NCBI GenBank assembly: GCA_030141605.1 | Contig: JAQGDQ010000290.1 | Span: forward strand, 186,001 to 250,000 | From: Tubiluchus corallicola | Lineage: Eukaryota; Animalia; Priapulida | Direction of reading: 5' to 3' | Length of the DNA stretch: 64,000 nt | In this document: positions 14,045-26,392 of the stretch, piece by piece | How the letters are laid out: each line of letters opens with the position of its first letter | How positions within the stretch are numbered: position 1 is the stretch's first letter | The notes under the pieces: model-generated | Told to the model about the DNA's origin: nothing | The model's database searches: none | What the model saw: the letters and a program-made list of their open reading frames with translations, nothing else | Program-made: the position numbers and the translations under genes

Positions 14045-15310
14045 GACTGTAGGAAAAATGGCACTATTGGAAAAGTAGGTAAAATTGCACAAGAAAAAAT
14101 GGCACTACTGGAAAAGTATGTAAAAATGGCACAAGAAAAAATGCTACAAATGGAAAAGTAGGTAAAAATGGCACGCTTAGTAAAATTAGGGATTAGGATT
14201 AGGGTTACAGTGGGGCATAACTATTTTAGTTATTTTTGCCTATGCCAGGGAAGTTGTTTCAACACAGTTTATGTGTGTGTTTGTCTCTTTGGTTTTTATC
14301 TGTAATGACAGTCAGCCTATTATGCAAAAATATCTAACAAATTTCCAAGAAACTTTATGAAGAAAGGCGGTTATAGCCTTATAGGGTGCTAAATTGAAAA
14401 GCTTTTCACCAGTTCTTTTTCCGCAAAACTTGATCGAACACCTCGTACAGAATCATTCGTGTAGCATTTCGTAGAGGTTTCAGAGGAGCGTTTAGTACTT
14501 CTTTTTTGTTATCTCCACCTGAACGAACAACTACGAGTTCCATTTCGAGAAATTCTTGTTGGTAAAACTGTGTAACGCTGTTCTGCAACCATTGCTTATG
14601 AATGTGTATAGCCTTATAAGCTGATGTGGTACATACATATTTGTCATTCTATTACTGTCGCTAAAATTAATGGTTAAAATGGTAGTTAAACACTATGTGG
14701 AACATCTTATGAATTCTTTGCTAGTCTATATAAAGGTAGTTAAACACTATGTGGAACATCTTATGAATTCTTTGCTAGTCTGTATAAAGGTAGTTAAACA
14801 CTATGTGGAACATCTTATGAATTCTTTGCTAGTCTATATAATACCAATACATGTACATTTTTGTATGTTTGCTTGCTTATATTTGTCTTAATTTTTTTTA
14901 ATCAAAAGAATCAGACGAATAAGATTAGGGTTGTTCACCTTTGGTAGAGATCTGCTTCCAACTGAGCGCATTCTAGTTTCATTATAGAAATCAATTGCAT
15001 TAAAAGAACATATGTGCCATTTTTACCTGCTTTTCCACTTGTGCCATTTTTTCCTGTGCCTTTTTTATCTGTGCCACTTTTTCCTGTGCCCTTTTTATCT
15101 GTGTCACTTTTTCCTGTGCTTTTTTACTTGTGCCACTTTTTCCTGTGGCCTTTTTACCTGTGCCACTTTTTCCTGTGCCTATTTTACTTGTGCCACTTTT
15201 TCCTGTGCCCTTTTTACCTGTGTCACTTTTCCTGTACCATGTCTATTTTTCCTGCGCCATTATTCCCTGTCCCATGTTTGCTTGCGGCATTTTTACCGCG
15301 CACCCATTTC
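14045..15310. mobile_element. Non-autonomous DNA element with inverted arrays of subterminal 15-bp repeats, telomere-like ttaggg motifs and an internal 54-bp x3 repeat
   Basis: Left (g/a)gtaaaaatggcac repeats 14050-14175 mirror right tgtgcca(c/t)ttttt(a/t)cc repeats 15014-15300. ttagggattaggattagggtt at about 14186-14206; 54-bp unit at 14680-14840. Confidence 0.65.
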
Positions 15311-15692
15311 GTATGTCTTATCCCATTTGAAATGTAATATGTCACGTTATATAATCAATCAATGTCATCATATGCGCAGTGAACAGCACAAGCTGCTCAG
15401 TAGCCAGAATCACGATGTCCATCCGTACGGTCATATTGTAAACAAATGCAGAAAACACCACACATATTCTAGTATATTTTATTTGTGGGCAATTATTCGA
15501 TTTGAACAAACTGTGTGGCTTCATCCAGGACTGATCGTACTTGAGAGTTAAATAAGAACCAAATTTAACCAAATTTAATTTAATTTGTCTAAGCGTCAAA
15601 TGTTCGGCAGTTCTTGTACATTGTACTTAATAAATATCTTTATTCGTGAATAAATATTTTTATTCTGAATCATACAGCTAACAATAAACATT

Positions 15693-16308
15693 GCATTTAA
15701 GTTAAAAACATCACAACTTTATTAAAAACTTTTACATTAAAAAGTTAAAAGTTAAAATCATAGCAAACGTGTCGACTAGGTGCTGCTGTCATCGTCAGTT
15801 GTGAATTTACAAACATGCAACCAGTTTATATAGGCACAGCCTATTATGCACTAATTAAATAGTTAACAGAAGTCAAATAGGTAATGAATTACTGGGACTT
15901 ATTAATAAAAGAAAGTTTATCTATGTACCTTAATAAATCTTCTTTTAATGTACAAAACAGTTCAAATCCTTTAATTTTATTTTCAAACACTTTGCTATTT
16001 GTTACTGTATCAATTTCTTTTCTTCAGGTCTGCTTATACATTACCTATTTGGCTTTTGTAAATTCATAATTAGTACTTAAGTTACTGTATCAATTTCTTT
16101 AATGGTCTGCTTATTCGTTACCAATTTGGCTTCTGTTAACTACTTAATTAGTGCATAATAGGCTCTGCATATATAAATTGGTTGTATGTTTGTAAATTTA
16201 CCACTGATGATGATAGCATAAGGTAGTCGAAACGTTTAGCATGATTTTAATGTTTAAGTTTTTAATGCAAACGTTTTTAATGAAGTTGTGTTGTTTTTAA
16301 CTTAAATG
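15693..16308. mobile_element. About 200-bp inverted repeat pair resembling Penelope-like pseudo-LTRs
   Basis: 15693-15890 is the reverse complement, with divergence, of 16110-16308. Each arm carries a CTGA(T/C)GA...GTCGA(A/C)ACGTT hammerhead-like core. Confidence 0.6.
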
Positions 16309-16668
16309 TTTTATGTGCCTGTAATAAAAATAAACATTACATATCTAAGAATTTGTCTTTTACGAATAAAAGAACGTATCTGTCATAATATGTGAAACAA
16401 GAAACAACGCAACTAAAAAAGTAAAAGATCTCAAGCTCAACTATGAAAATTCTGTGAAATGAGCTGCTTTTAGAACTTCGCGCATTACCTGGAAATCACG
16501 GCTTAGTCTCTGCGCATCATTTGCCTTATTTTTGCGTGCCTCTCAATGCTTTTATCGTGTAATAGTGATGTGGACTTAACGCGTTTATGTTTTGTTGCAC
16601 GTTTTGAAACACCTGCTGCAGTTACTATGTAGATAAACGCCCGTTAAGAATAATAACTATTGACAAAC

Positions 16669-18125
16669 ATGGACGAGCGAGCGATTAATGTTAGCAATAC
16701 GTCTATTTTTGCGCAACCACCACCACCTAATGCCTTAGCTACAGCTTACCGGGTACCCAAGTTAAATTTTATTGATATTTACTTAAATTTTGTGGTGATT
16801 GTATATTTAAAAACAATAAGTGTTACACGGCATTATTTTTCGTAACAGTTGTGATATAAAAGGTCATAGACGTAGGCCTAATAAATTAATGCGACCATGA
16901 ACACGTATACAATGAAGCCATGTTTCACAGGCGTTATACACTGAACGAAAAATAGTGTTCCGTATCGCTTCTAAAACAGTTCTAGATCGGAAGCTCCTGC
17001 TTCAAATCAAAAACCATCTTGGTTTACTACTTTTTAAACTCGTTGTTGTAGATTACAAGTAAAAACAGAATTGATCTAAGCAATTTTATCTAGTCTAATC
17101 GAGACACACATTCAAAGTTAAATTCACTTTGAGTTCAAATTTAGCAAATTAACGTTAAAGTTATTTTTAGTATAAAAGTTTATTTAGTAACTTTGACAGA
17201 CTTTGTCTGTGTATTTCAGATTATTCTGTCTATAGTGATAATAATATTCAACGGCAGTGTGATCATCGTCATCATTCGGAATAGACAAACAGCTTTCCGG
17301 GAAACAAAATACCTGTTCATCGTAACACTGTCCACCACAGACCTTGCAGTGGGCGTTTTGTTTCTGCAAAGTATCTTCGTTCGTTTCCTTGGCATTCGAG
17401 AGACTCTGGAAATATGTTTGTGGAACTCTGGACTAATGTTTGCCACGATTCAGATATCCGTCCTCAGCGTTCTGGCGATATCAACAGACCAGTACCTTGC
17501 TATCGTGCATCCGTACAGGTATAAGTACATCGTCACCAAGTCTCGTGCTGTCCTCAGCATACTTACTTACACCGTCATTTCTCTGGTCTTTACCTTGAGC
17601 ATCATATTTATCAACACTGGAGACTTCAGCCAAGGCTGTCGCTTCTATATGCTGTACCCTACAGCAATGGTTATAGCCATGAATCTGACAATGCTTCATT
17701 TACCTTTTGCAATCATAGTTTTCATGTACGTAAGTGTGTTTGTGGTAGCCCGTCGACATTTGCTCAATATACACGCGCACGAGCTTGCAGTTTTTGGGCC
17801 TGCTGGGACAAATGCTACCAGCCAAGCAGAAACGCAACCATCTAGCATCAAAAAGGAAGTCAAGATTGCTGGCACTTTTGTAGTAGTAGCATTACTGTTT
17901 TACGTGAGCAATTTGTTTTTCCTAACTCACTGTGCCATCAATACGATCAACAGTAAGCCATTGTTTGATCCTGGCGTGTCCGGTCCATTCGCCATTTTGA
18001 ACTCGCTCTACAATCCTGTGATTTATGCCTTGAGACATCAGAGATTTCGCCAGGCGTTCAGGAAAGTATGTTCTTGCAACGACGATAACTTAGCAACAAC
18101 GTCGACTATCCATTCATTAAACTGA
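16669..18125 (+). CDS. Orphan class A (rhodopsin-like) GPCR, 2 exons
   Basis: Main exon 17220-18125 follows a ttcag acceptor. It has seven hydrophobic segments, TM2 LSTTDLAVG, TM3 ISTDQY, TM7 NSLYNPVIY and helix 8 FRQAF plus Cys. Probable first exon 16669-16752 (MDERAINVSNTS..., two N-glycosylation sequons, phase 0). An alternative in-phase donor exists at 16801, so the exon 1 end is uncertain. Confidence 0.85.
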
Positions 18126-19461
18126 CACCCGTCGTAGCTTCAGGCTAGAAAAACAATCTAGCTAATGCAAACAGATGGAAAAACCCACCGAATTTGACTC
18201 TGTAGATTGCACAACATACAATGTGTTGATTAATGTTAGCCCAAAACACTAAACGAGTTCAACCAGAGTCTGACATTAGAACCAACTCTCTTTTATTGTT
18301 CCGTATCATAATGTAGGTCTTCAATAGATCACATCCCTTTTTGTGCCATTTTGTGATACAACAGCTAAACAAAATGAAAAGCTTTGAACTACAGTCATCA
18401 ATTCACCTTTAGAAACCAAAACCAATTTTGTGGATACTGCCTATTAGCCACATTTTATCATTTTTAGTTTCCTGGTACAAAAGAACTTCACTATTTGATT
18501 AGCAAAATCAATTTTAAAAAACACTAAAAGGCTAACCAGAGTCTGCCATTAGAACCAACTCACTTTTTATTGTTCCGCATCATAATGTAGGTCTTCAATG
18601 TATCACACAGCCCTCTTAACGCTAATGCAAGCTAAAACTAAACAGCTAAGCATTCGTTGGCACCAGATGAACAAAACAAGAAACAAAATTTCTCACGAAT
18701 CTGTTAATTCAATTTTGGGGGTTTTCCGCCATAATATTGTAACGAACCCTCTCCCCAAGGATGTGCAGGCATCAATGCACTGACTTCCTAAGGCAAGCTT
18801 GTAATTAGTTAGTTAGTTTGCTTGCCGAAAAAAGTGGCTTAACCTCAAAATAAAGTTATTCAATCCGTAAATAACTTAAATACATCATAATGAATTTTAA
18901 ACGTGTGTTCATTTTCAAATACATCAACAATATTACAAAAAATTACGCTCGTGAAATCATTTCTAAGATTTTCGGTTTTTGGACAAGTGTTTAAAATATG
19001 TGACGTGTGCACGTGGGCTATTATTTAGTATACTGTGCGCTGCATGGACCTAGCAAGAAGGGACGTCTACAGGTATTTCACTTTAAGTTCCTGTTCTGAT
19101 GTTCTTTCGAGGCAGTTGAACACAAAAATTGAGGACCTCGAAAGTGCCTCTTTACTTCAATATTACCGGTTCGCATGTTTTACATTTTGTTGGAATTTCT
19201 TTATCTCGTACTTCAGGTATTTGTGCTGTACATTTCAGTAACAGGAACGTTTATTTACAGTCGTATGTTTGTTCTGCGCGGTTAATGTGAAAACATTCGA
19301 TGTTTAACGACATAATGTCGATGTTATGAAAACAGCTGCAGGGCTCAGTATTAACCTGCTCGGAAACAATTGACGTCAAACATATTGGTCTATCGCCCCG
19401 TCTCCGCTGTGACGTAAGCGCGCTGAGCCGGCATTCAGGACATCAGGTCCCGCTGTACAAC

Positions 19462-20173
19462 TGTTGGGCGCCCAGTAACCCACTAGCCGAAGTAGGACGA
19501 TTGGCGTACATGGGCTGCCCAAGTAGGACACTAGAGAGAGGTCGCGAATTGAGTCGTTAAGCGTACTGGCACCGTCCGTTACCCTTGTTCATGTAATAAT
19601 AATACTTAAACACGTCAATACACGTTGAATAATTTATCATACATCTGATAAAATAAACGAATTTTATTCTGAGTTAGTATAATTTTGCCAATATTAATCT
19701 TCTTTGAAGTGAAATAAGCGCACTTTTTAGGCGATTCCAACATTTGCTTAAGGTATATCATTTTTTGTCTTGCTTCACAGACAAGGTGATTCTTTTCACT
19801 ACCTCTTGGACAAATAATTGTTTTCTACTAAGTAAACGGGTTAGCGAGTTATATGCCCTACGTAGTTTCTCTCTCTAAAGAATTAGATACTTAGTTTAAT
19901 GATATGATGATAATTATTAATGGAGCTAATAATAATGATGATATCGTTGTATTAAGTAAATTGTCAAGGACTGTCCATCATTATTAGAAAGTTACTTTTT
20001 TCTAAAACAAATTTAGTTTGATCTTTTATTATGTCATAGATCTCGATTCTTGACAGAAATTGCTAGTGCCCTACTTGGGCTGCCCATGTACGACACTGCT
20101 TTTCCTCAAATTTAGCACATGAGTTTTACCGTAAGTGTCCTACTTCGGCTAGTGGGTTACTCGGCGCCCTACA
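19462..20173. mobile_element. TIR element (37-bp TIRs plus internal inverted repeat) nested inside another repeat
   Basis: TGTTGGGCGCCCAGTAACCCACTAGCCGAAGTAGGAC versus reverse complement of the right end, TGTAGGGCGCCGAGTAACCCACTAGCCGAAGTAGGAC. The host repeat is uninterrupted at 26393-26700. Confidence 0.8.
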
Positions 20174-21407
20174 TAACAACTGTCTTTAGTAAATAACATG
20201 ACAACTAATGTCTAATCAGCGGATAGGCTGATTGTGCTTTTCATTCACAAAATTTGCAAGGCAGCAGATATTTTAACAGGAAATTAAAGTTTTAAGTATT
20301 ATCACAATTTAGGCAGAATGTAGCGGAAAAGTTTCGAAGAACTAAATATGCATAGAGTGCCTAGTCGGGTCACTATTATAAAGAAATTAAGCCAAGCTTT
20401 AAGACATACAAACAATCGACAATCTGTAATATAATTTAAAACCAGGCTGGTTTCTCTACCGCGAACTAGTGAAAGTTAAGCATTTTTCATAACAAAATAA
20501 CATATACCAGCAGTTACAGCTCATGTCTTGATTGTCCCAAAAGAGGAGGCAACGAACCGATTCTGTGGGCGTGCGAAAATATGCACGCTGATTGGACGGT
20601 CAGCAGTGCTTGACTGAGAATGACTGCACGCTGATTGGACAGTCAGCAGAGCTTGATTGAGAATGACTGACATTTTGCTTGACTTTAATTAGAATTGGGG
20701 TCTCCACTTTGGCGTCCATGGTTGATGTCATAAGTGTCAAATGTATTCTTAAAGTTTCATATGCCCGTCGAAGCGTCGACTACTGAAGCATAAACTTTTA
20801 AGCCTAGACAACCCACCTACTACACAGCAACAACTATTATATAAACATTGAATCAAATGGAGTTTAGCAAATGTGAAACGGTCTCTAAAGTTCACTTGGG
20901 AAGGAAATGCTCGAACTGTAAAATCAGAAGATCTGCAATATACGCGCAGATAATTGGCTTTGTATTTAGAACATATGAGGAAACACACAGTTAACATGTT
21001 TAGCACAGTCACAAGGGAAAATTCTCACCGCAGAATCGGTAGATTGCAACCATCTACTGAATCTCTTTTTGAGTCGTGGTGATAGATCAATGGAAACAAT
21101 TGCGTTATCTTTCTCAACCGGCCAAGGCAATTTTAGAAGTTTTTTGCGCAGACCTGGTATAGTAAATAGTTATTATTTTGACTGCAGGGTGGTATACAGA
21201 CCTGAGCATTTGATTGTGTACTTGTTGATAATGAAAAACAAAGTAGCATAAATAATTAGGAGATAATAAACTACGCTCAAGCATGTTGCAAAAAAAGGCA
21301 AAATAGTTGTTGACACTTGTATTTGTTTAATTATAGATGACTTTATTTTGAGAAACTGCAGATTTCAATAACTGTAATATAATATCATCGTGTTGCTCAA
21401 ATAACAA

Positions 21408-21672
21408 AACTGTTTTTAGCGTGCAGGGAATTTCGCTCATTCTTTAACAACTGTTTGTAGCGTGTAGGGAATTTTGCTCATTCTTTAACAACTGTTTGTA
21501 GCGTGTTGGTAATTTTACTCATTCTTTAACAACTGTTTGTAGCGTGTTGGTAATTTTACTCATTCTTTAACAACTGTTTGTAGCGTGTAGGGAATTTTGC
21601 TCATTCCTTAACAACTGTTTGTAGCGTGCAGGGAATTTCGCTCATTCCTTAACAACTGTTTATAGCGTGTAG
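21408..21672. repeat. 41-bp tandem repeat, about 6 copies
   Basis: aacaactgtttgtagcgtgtagggaattttgctcattcttt unit. Confidence 0.95.
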
Positions 21673-22734
21673 CACGTATGTTAGAACTGTAATGAAGTTT
21701 CATCCCATTTATTATTTTTTACTCCACTAACAAATAAGATTTTTCTGTGTCATGCCGTAAATTTGTCAAACTTTTGTAAACACCTGGCAGCAAATGGAGG
21801 CGCTCTGTACATTTTTGTATTATAAATCTGTTCAATGAGAGGTTTGCCATCATCATAGTCAATTTAGTGACAGATGGCATTAACTTTAACTCTTGTCAGC
21901 AAGATCTTTAAAGCAAAACCGGACCTAATCTTAAATTGTAGGTCAAAACAATCTACTCTTTAAAATATTGAAAGGAAACACACTGTCTTTTCAAAAATGA
22001 CTTACGAGAAAGAACTATCACCACACAAACACAATTTCACGTTCGCGCCACTAATTCTTTGCTGTTACATGCATTTCGTAGTTCGCTAATCAAACGGACA
22101 CTAGCACCTGCATTTCGGAAATGCATAGTACAAAAAACAGGTGGTGTACATTTTAGTTCATATGTGTTAATTTGTGACGAACTGCACACGTTGGACAGCT
22201 CATGCATGAGCACAGCAGTGAATTTAAAATTTGAATTTTTATTTTAAAACTAGCCCAGTTTTAGTACAGCACATTGAATATCTTACAGTAGAACTACACT
22301 TTAATTTTTGCTTTCGCAAACGCGTGCAACATGCTCGTGGAATATTTTTGCTGTTGAAAATTATGTGTGTTTGTGATGTCATCAATAATTGGGCTCGCCC
22401 TCCGTTAAATAAGTTTTTAATCTATTATTTAATTATCAGAAACGCTTTTGCTGTATTAATTCTGTTAAATTGTATACTTTTCATCGGACTTGAAAATGGG
22501 GTAGTACCGGTATATGAAAAATCATCCTGTCTTCCTTTAATTAATAAATCAACAATTCTTCAACATAAAAATGCACTCAAACAACAAGAAAGCTAACAGA
22601 GCATTTACATTAACATTTGCACAGGTTAATGATGCGCTGATAAGATTTCTGGCTTCATGTTGCACATTTTGCCTCGTGCGATCAAGTTATGATCAACAGT
22701 GCACGGTGTATATACTTGGTTTGTGCTTCTCACA

Positions 22735-23142
22735 CAAGGCCTATTTCAGCCTAGGCGAGGCCCGGGGAAGTGGTGCATGTGAGGCCCCATCAAGGGGGGC
22801 GAAGCGCCGGGGGGGGCGTTCGGTACCATGATTGGCGCCCAGAAAATTTTTGAACAGCTAGAACACCGGAGAAGCATTTTCGAAGAGAAAATATGGAGTT
22901 TTACAGTTGTTAAAGGAAAGAACAATTGAAAGAAAAACTGCTTTATTCTCAAGACCAGTCCTTAATACTTGTCAATACTGGCAAACAGCGCGCGTGCGGC
23001 AGGAGAGAGAGAGAGAGGGGGGGGGAGAGAGGAGGCAGTATGTTCGCATAAAGCAAAAAAAAGTTACCTTGGCGCGAGGCCCCCCTGGAGGGTGAGGCCC
23101 CGGGGAAGTATCCCCACTCCCCCCCCCTTGAAATAGGCCCTG
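22735..23142. mobile_element. hAT-type MITE (408 bp)
   Basis: TIRs caaggcctatttca / tgaaataggccctg; perfect 8-bp TSD ttctcaca. Confidence 0.88.
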
Positions 23143-23670
23143 TTCTCACATACTTGAAATTGTACTGCAGGGAGATTACCAAGGAAACAAAATCCACGGA
23201 AAGTTGCTCACAAAGCCGCAGAGCAAATCTAAAGTCACGGAAAATTATTTTAACCTGATTAATTAAAATATTTCGCAAATAACTCCTTGTATACTCAGCT
23301 GGTGAACTCACCAAACTGTAAATGCGCATTTCCTAAAAGTGAATGCATATCAGTCATTATCTGTACATAATTGAATGAACCAAAAATTAATATGCTAATG
23401 CGCCTTTGCTACAAAGAAATATACAACCCATTTTTGACATTTAGATATGCAAATGTTTTCATAGCTATATTTTTACTCGATCATTTTGAATGGACAAGAT
23501 TTCTTAAGAAATTAATCTGCTTTTTGTCACACATCATATCTTTACCAGCATCAGTTTACAAAAGCCTTTTTCTCTTGTTACAACGCCAGGAGCTTTATTC
23601 TTAATGCAACTATCCATGAAAAAACTGCAATATATAATTCCGAACAAGCATTCTGTATGGTTTTGCTAAT

Positions 23671-24820
23671 GGCGCGTTCAGACTGGAGAAGTTCTTGCGC
23701 ATGTTTTCTCTGAAAGTAAACTCGCAAGTGTGGACGACTCGGCAAGTTCTCTCGCAAGTTCTTGCGCATGTTCTCTGTGAGAGTAAACTTGCAAGTGTGA
23801 ACGGCTTGGTAAGTGCTTGCGCATGTTCTCTCTCGGGTAAACTCGCAAGCGAGAATGACTCGGCAAGTTCTCTCGCAAGTTCTTGCGCTTGTTCTCTCTG
23901 AGAGTAAACTCGCAAGTGTGAACGACCCGGCAAGTTCTCTCGTAAGTTCTTGCGCTTGTTCTCTCTGAGAGTAAACTCGCAAGTGTAAACGACTCGGCAA
24001 GTTCTCTCGCAAGTTCTTGCGCTTGTTCTCTCTGAGAGTAAACTCGCAAGTGTGAACGACCCGGCAAGTTCTCTCGTAAGTTCTTGCGCATGTTCTCTCT
24101 GAGAGTAAAATCGCAAGCGAGAACGACTCATTAAGTTCTCTTGCAAGTTCTCTCTGAGAGTAAACTCGCAAGTGTGAACGACTCGGCAAGTTCTCTCGCA
24201 AGTTCTTGCGCATGTTCTCTCTGAGAGTAAATGCGCAAGCGAGAACGAGTCGGCAAGTTCTCTCACAAGTTCTTGCGCTTGTTCTCTCTGAGAGTAAACT
24301 CGCAAGTGAGAACGACTCGGCAAGTTCTTGCGCATGTTCTCTCTGAGAGTAAACTCGCAAGTGTGAACGGCTTGGCAAGTTCTCTCTCAAGTTGTTGCGC
24401 ATGTTCTCTCTGAGAGTAAACTTACAAGTGTGAACGGCTTGGCAAGTTCTCTCACAAGCTCTTGCACATGTTCTCTCTGAGAGTAAACTTGCAAGTGTGA
24501 ACGACTCGGCAAGTTCTTGCACATGTTCTCTCTGAGAGTAAATGTGCAAGTGTGAACGGTTTGGCAAGTTCTCTCGCAAGTTCTTGCGCATGTTCTCTCT
24601 GAGAGCAAAGTCGCAAGTGAGAACGGCTCGGCAAGTTCTCTCGCAAGTTCTTCGCATGTTCTCTCTGAGAGTAAATTCGCAAGCGTGAACGACTCGGCAA
24701 TTTTTGCGCAAGAAGTTTTTGCAAATTCAGGGAGAGTTGCTGAGAGTTTTGTGCAAAAACTTGCCAAGTCGTTCACACTTGCGAGCATACTCTCAGAAAA
24801 CTCTCTAGTCTGAACGCTAA
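23671..24820. mobile_element. PIF/Harbinger-like non-autonomous element carrying a 67/55-bp minisatellite (about 23690-24720)
   Basis: Ends gcgttcagact / agtctgaacgc; internal unit gttctctctgagagtaaactcgcaagtgtgaacgactcggcaagttctctcgcaagttcttgcgc, about 16 copies. Superfamily assignment is tentative. Confidence 0.7.
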
Positions 24821-25476
24821 CTCCACTCACTTTTTCAATTTTATTTACCGACATTTCTTAAATTTTTCTTTATTTACTGTCAATGTATAATTACGTATAT
24901 ATTTAGTCCACTGATACCTCAGTCAGTTATTAGTTCCTTATTGATCCATTACTTCTGTTCCAGATATGCCCTCGGGATGATCTTTGACCTTGACCATCAT
25001 CTTATCCCAGAGTTACCCGTACCAAAAATCTCAAGGCTACCCCAATATGTTTCACGTATAACATCTTAAACTCAAATTGCGAATGGGCATCCGATGCGCT
25101 GCTTGACAGCGCATAAAGCCCCAAGACTTGGAAAGTCAGGGTCTTGGAAATCAATGTCCTGCCAACATTACCCGTGTCAACCTAAATGTCCAGGTACTTG
25201 AAAATGCCCTGGATCGACACAACAATCAACTGAGAAAGCTACACGTCGAATCAAAAATGTTTCACACAGGCAGCAGCTGATCAAACTAGGTAGTATATCA
25301 CATCACACCCGGTATGACTGGTCCTCTTGCATTGTAACACGCCCATTTATATATTTATAACAAAATGTGTGAAATGTCCCACGATGCGAATTCGGCAGTC
25401 ACAAGTGTTACGATGGTTTTCTTTATTCTACTGAAATTAGTTGTGCAAGTGGCTAATCAGAAACTAGACCTTTAAC

Positions 25477-25547
25477 CAGTGGCGAGTCGTAGCTAAAATT
25501 AGTAGGGGTGCTGCAGTTCCACAGTACCTATACACGAGCCGCCACTG
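25477..25547. mobile_element. 71-bp hAT-type mini-MITE
   Basis: cagtggcg...cgccactg TIRs with perfect 8-bp TSD cctttaac. Confidence 0.85.
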
Positions 25548-26229
25548 CCTTTAACTGAAAGTAATTCCCCGGCCGCCTCATTCGCCATTGTTGATCGGAA
25601 TATTTTTCTCAAGCCAGAACCGTTCATATTTTTGCGTTAATTAGTAAAATATGACATTAGTCCAGGAATTCTGTCTAATTTAAATTAACATTTGAGCTGG
25701 CGTAGCTGTCCACTCTACTCCTAAGCTGTGTCGATATTACCCGAATTTACCCCGAAGCTGTATCCACATTATGACAAGTGATTGTTCTAGGTATTGTTAT
25801 ATATTTGCACATGCATTAATGTGACAGTAAAATGATATTAACCTTCGCAATATTCCACCTTCGTACGGAACTAGTTGTATAAGCACAGCAATTACTAGTA
25901 TTATTTTGACGTGTTGAAGTTGTTCGCCAATGTGTGACCAGTTAACATTGACTTTTTTCACCTTTTCAATTTTTTGTTTACAGTGTCATAAACAGAGACG
26001 GATAATTCAATGTCTCTCCCACGTAGCGGATATTCTATAGACAATTGGTGAAAGGCTCATAGCGAAAGTAGATTTGTAAATTAACTTAGCCGAAATAGAG
26101 ACCTGCATAAATTTTAAACCTCAACGTTTGTTGGGCACAAAATTGATAATCCAGACCCCTAATTCTCAGTTAGTTTTTGATATGCAGGTAGATAGAAAAG
26201 CACGTGTTATGGCATCAGACCGTTCAAGG

Positions 26230-26392
26230 TTTGTGGTGTACACATCGCTTAACCCTAATTTAAGTGTATTAGATGTTTCATGTTAATCCTTCGTTAGATG
26301 TAAAAGAATTCTACAGATGACAAGGCTTCGTCTCTCAGCTCAGTATTTTCGTATAGAAATTGGTAAGTGGTCTAACCTATCACGCGAATTAC
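26230..26392 (+). mobile_element. LINE ORF2 C-terminal remnant
   Basis: MTRLRLSAQYFRIEIGKWSNLSRELR resembles the RLSxHxLxIExGR..REER motif of LINE ORF2 tails; cut off by the repeat starting at 26393. Confidence 0.5.

Noticed and set aside
15012-15551. Cys/His/Phe-rich ORFs
   Set aside because: 15-bp subterminal repeats of a DNA element, open in all three frames.
23578-24854. 377-aa and overlapping repetitive ORFs
   Set aside because: Products of a 67-bp (non-triplet) minisatellite; the same peptides rotate through all frames.
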